A DNA stretch of 44,427 nucleotides, from the NCBI GenBank assembly GCA_051439465.1, contig JBFRWF010000102.1:1-44427 (forward strand), given 5' to 3'. The translations under genes were made by a program, and so were the position numbers. The notes beneath the pieces were generated by a model. The model made no database searches and was not told where the DNA came from. It was given only the letters and a program-made list of their open reading frames with translations. Numbering within the stretch: position 1 is the first letter of the stretch; each line of letters opens with the position of its first letter. The DNA is from Xenococcaceae cyanobacterium (GTDB lineage: Bacteria > Cyanobacteriota > Cyanobacteriia > Cyanobacteriales > JBFRWF01). Below are positions 44,290 to 44,427 of this stretch, piece after piece.

Positions 44290-44367
44290 GGAACAGGGAG
44301 ACCTGACTGCCTGACAGAAGTACTCGAAAGCTAACAAGAACGGCATTGTTGAGAGTTCAGCCCCGGC

Positions 44368-44419
44368 GCGATCGCGCTTCTCCTATCCCAGGGCGATCGC
44401 GCTTCTCCTATCTCAGGGC
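44368..44419. repeat. Tandem 26-bp direct repeat x2, each containing a HIP1 octamer (gcgatcgcgcttctcctatc[c/t]caggg)
   Basis: Read directly at the window end. Confidence 0.8.
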
Positions 44420-44427
44420 GGTCTCGG

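Noticed and set aside
1-44427. tRNA or rRNA genes
   Set aside because: I scanned for T-loop-like GGTTCGAATCC / GGTTCAAATCC-type motifs and rRNA-like conserved stretches and found none. A dedicated tool (tRNAscan-SE, Infernal) would be needed to be certain.

Overview
This 44.4-kb window looks like chromosomal DNA from a filamentous, probably heterocyst-forming cyanobacterium. The evidence is the many GCGATCGC (HIP1) octamers, the abundant heptamer/octamer tandem repeats (STRRs), a PEP-CTERM protein, a CHAT protease, and the 2-oxoglutarate-decarboxylase/SSADH TCA-shunt gene pair. Housekeeping genes are interleaved with accessory and mobile material. The housekeeping set includes dapL, xthA, a ribosomal S1 paralog, Cu/Zn SOD, GST and dienelactone hydrolase.

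The most interesting features are these:
(1) A full-length, strongly conserved homolog of the eukaryotic major vault protein (MVP), about 884 aa. It has a truncated IS200/IS605 TnpB remnant just upstream and a 180-bp tandem structured repeat array just downstream.
(2) A plasmid-like integrated module at roughly 33.9-41 kb. It has a MITE, iteron-like direct repeats, a 1349-aa TOPRIM/P4-primase-type Rep protein (CyRepA-like) riddled with in-frame STRR-derived low-complexity inserts, a C5-cytosine methyltransferase fused to a ParB-like nuclease domain, and a KfrA-like protein.
(3) A ~2-kb island at the 3' end (42.2-44.3 kb) with a striking strand-specific A/C excess at synonymous sites across two divergently transcribed genes.
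(4) An ~88-bp STRR-containing dispersed element present twice in the same orientation. One copy is a terminator-like 3' end of the S1 gene. The other is in-frame inside a GT39-like membrane glycosyltransferase gene.
(5) A cluster of AAA ATPase, two small conserved proteins, a PspC-ComEA(HhH) fusion translationally coupled to an NrdG-like radical-SAM activase, and a CHAT protease.

No rRNA, tRNA or CRISPR array was recognised. All calls are from reading the sequence and ORF translations. No database searches were run.
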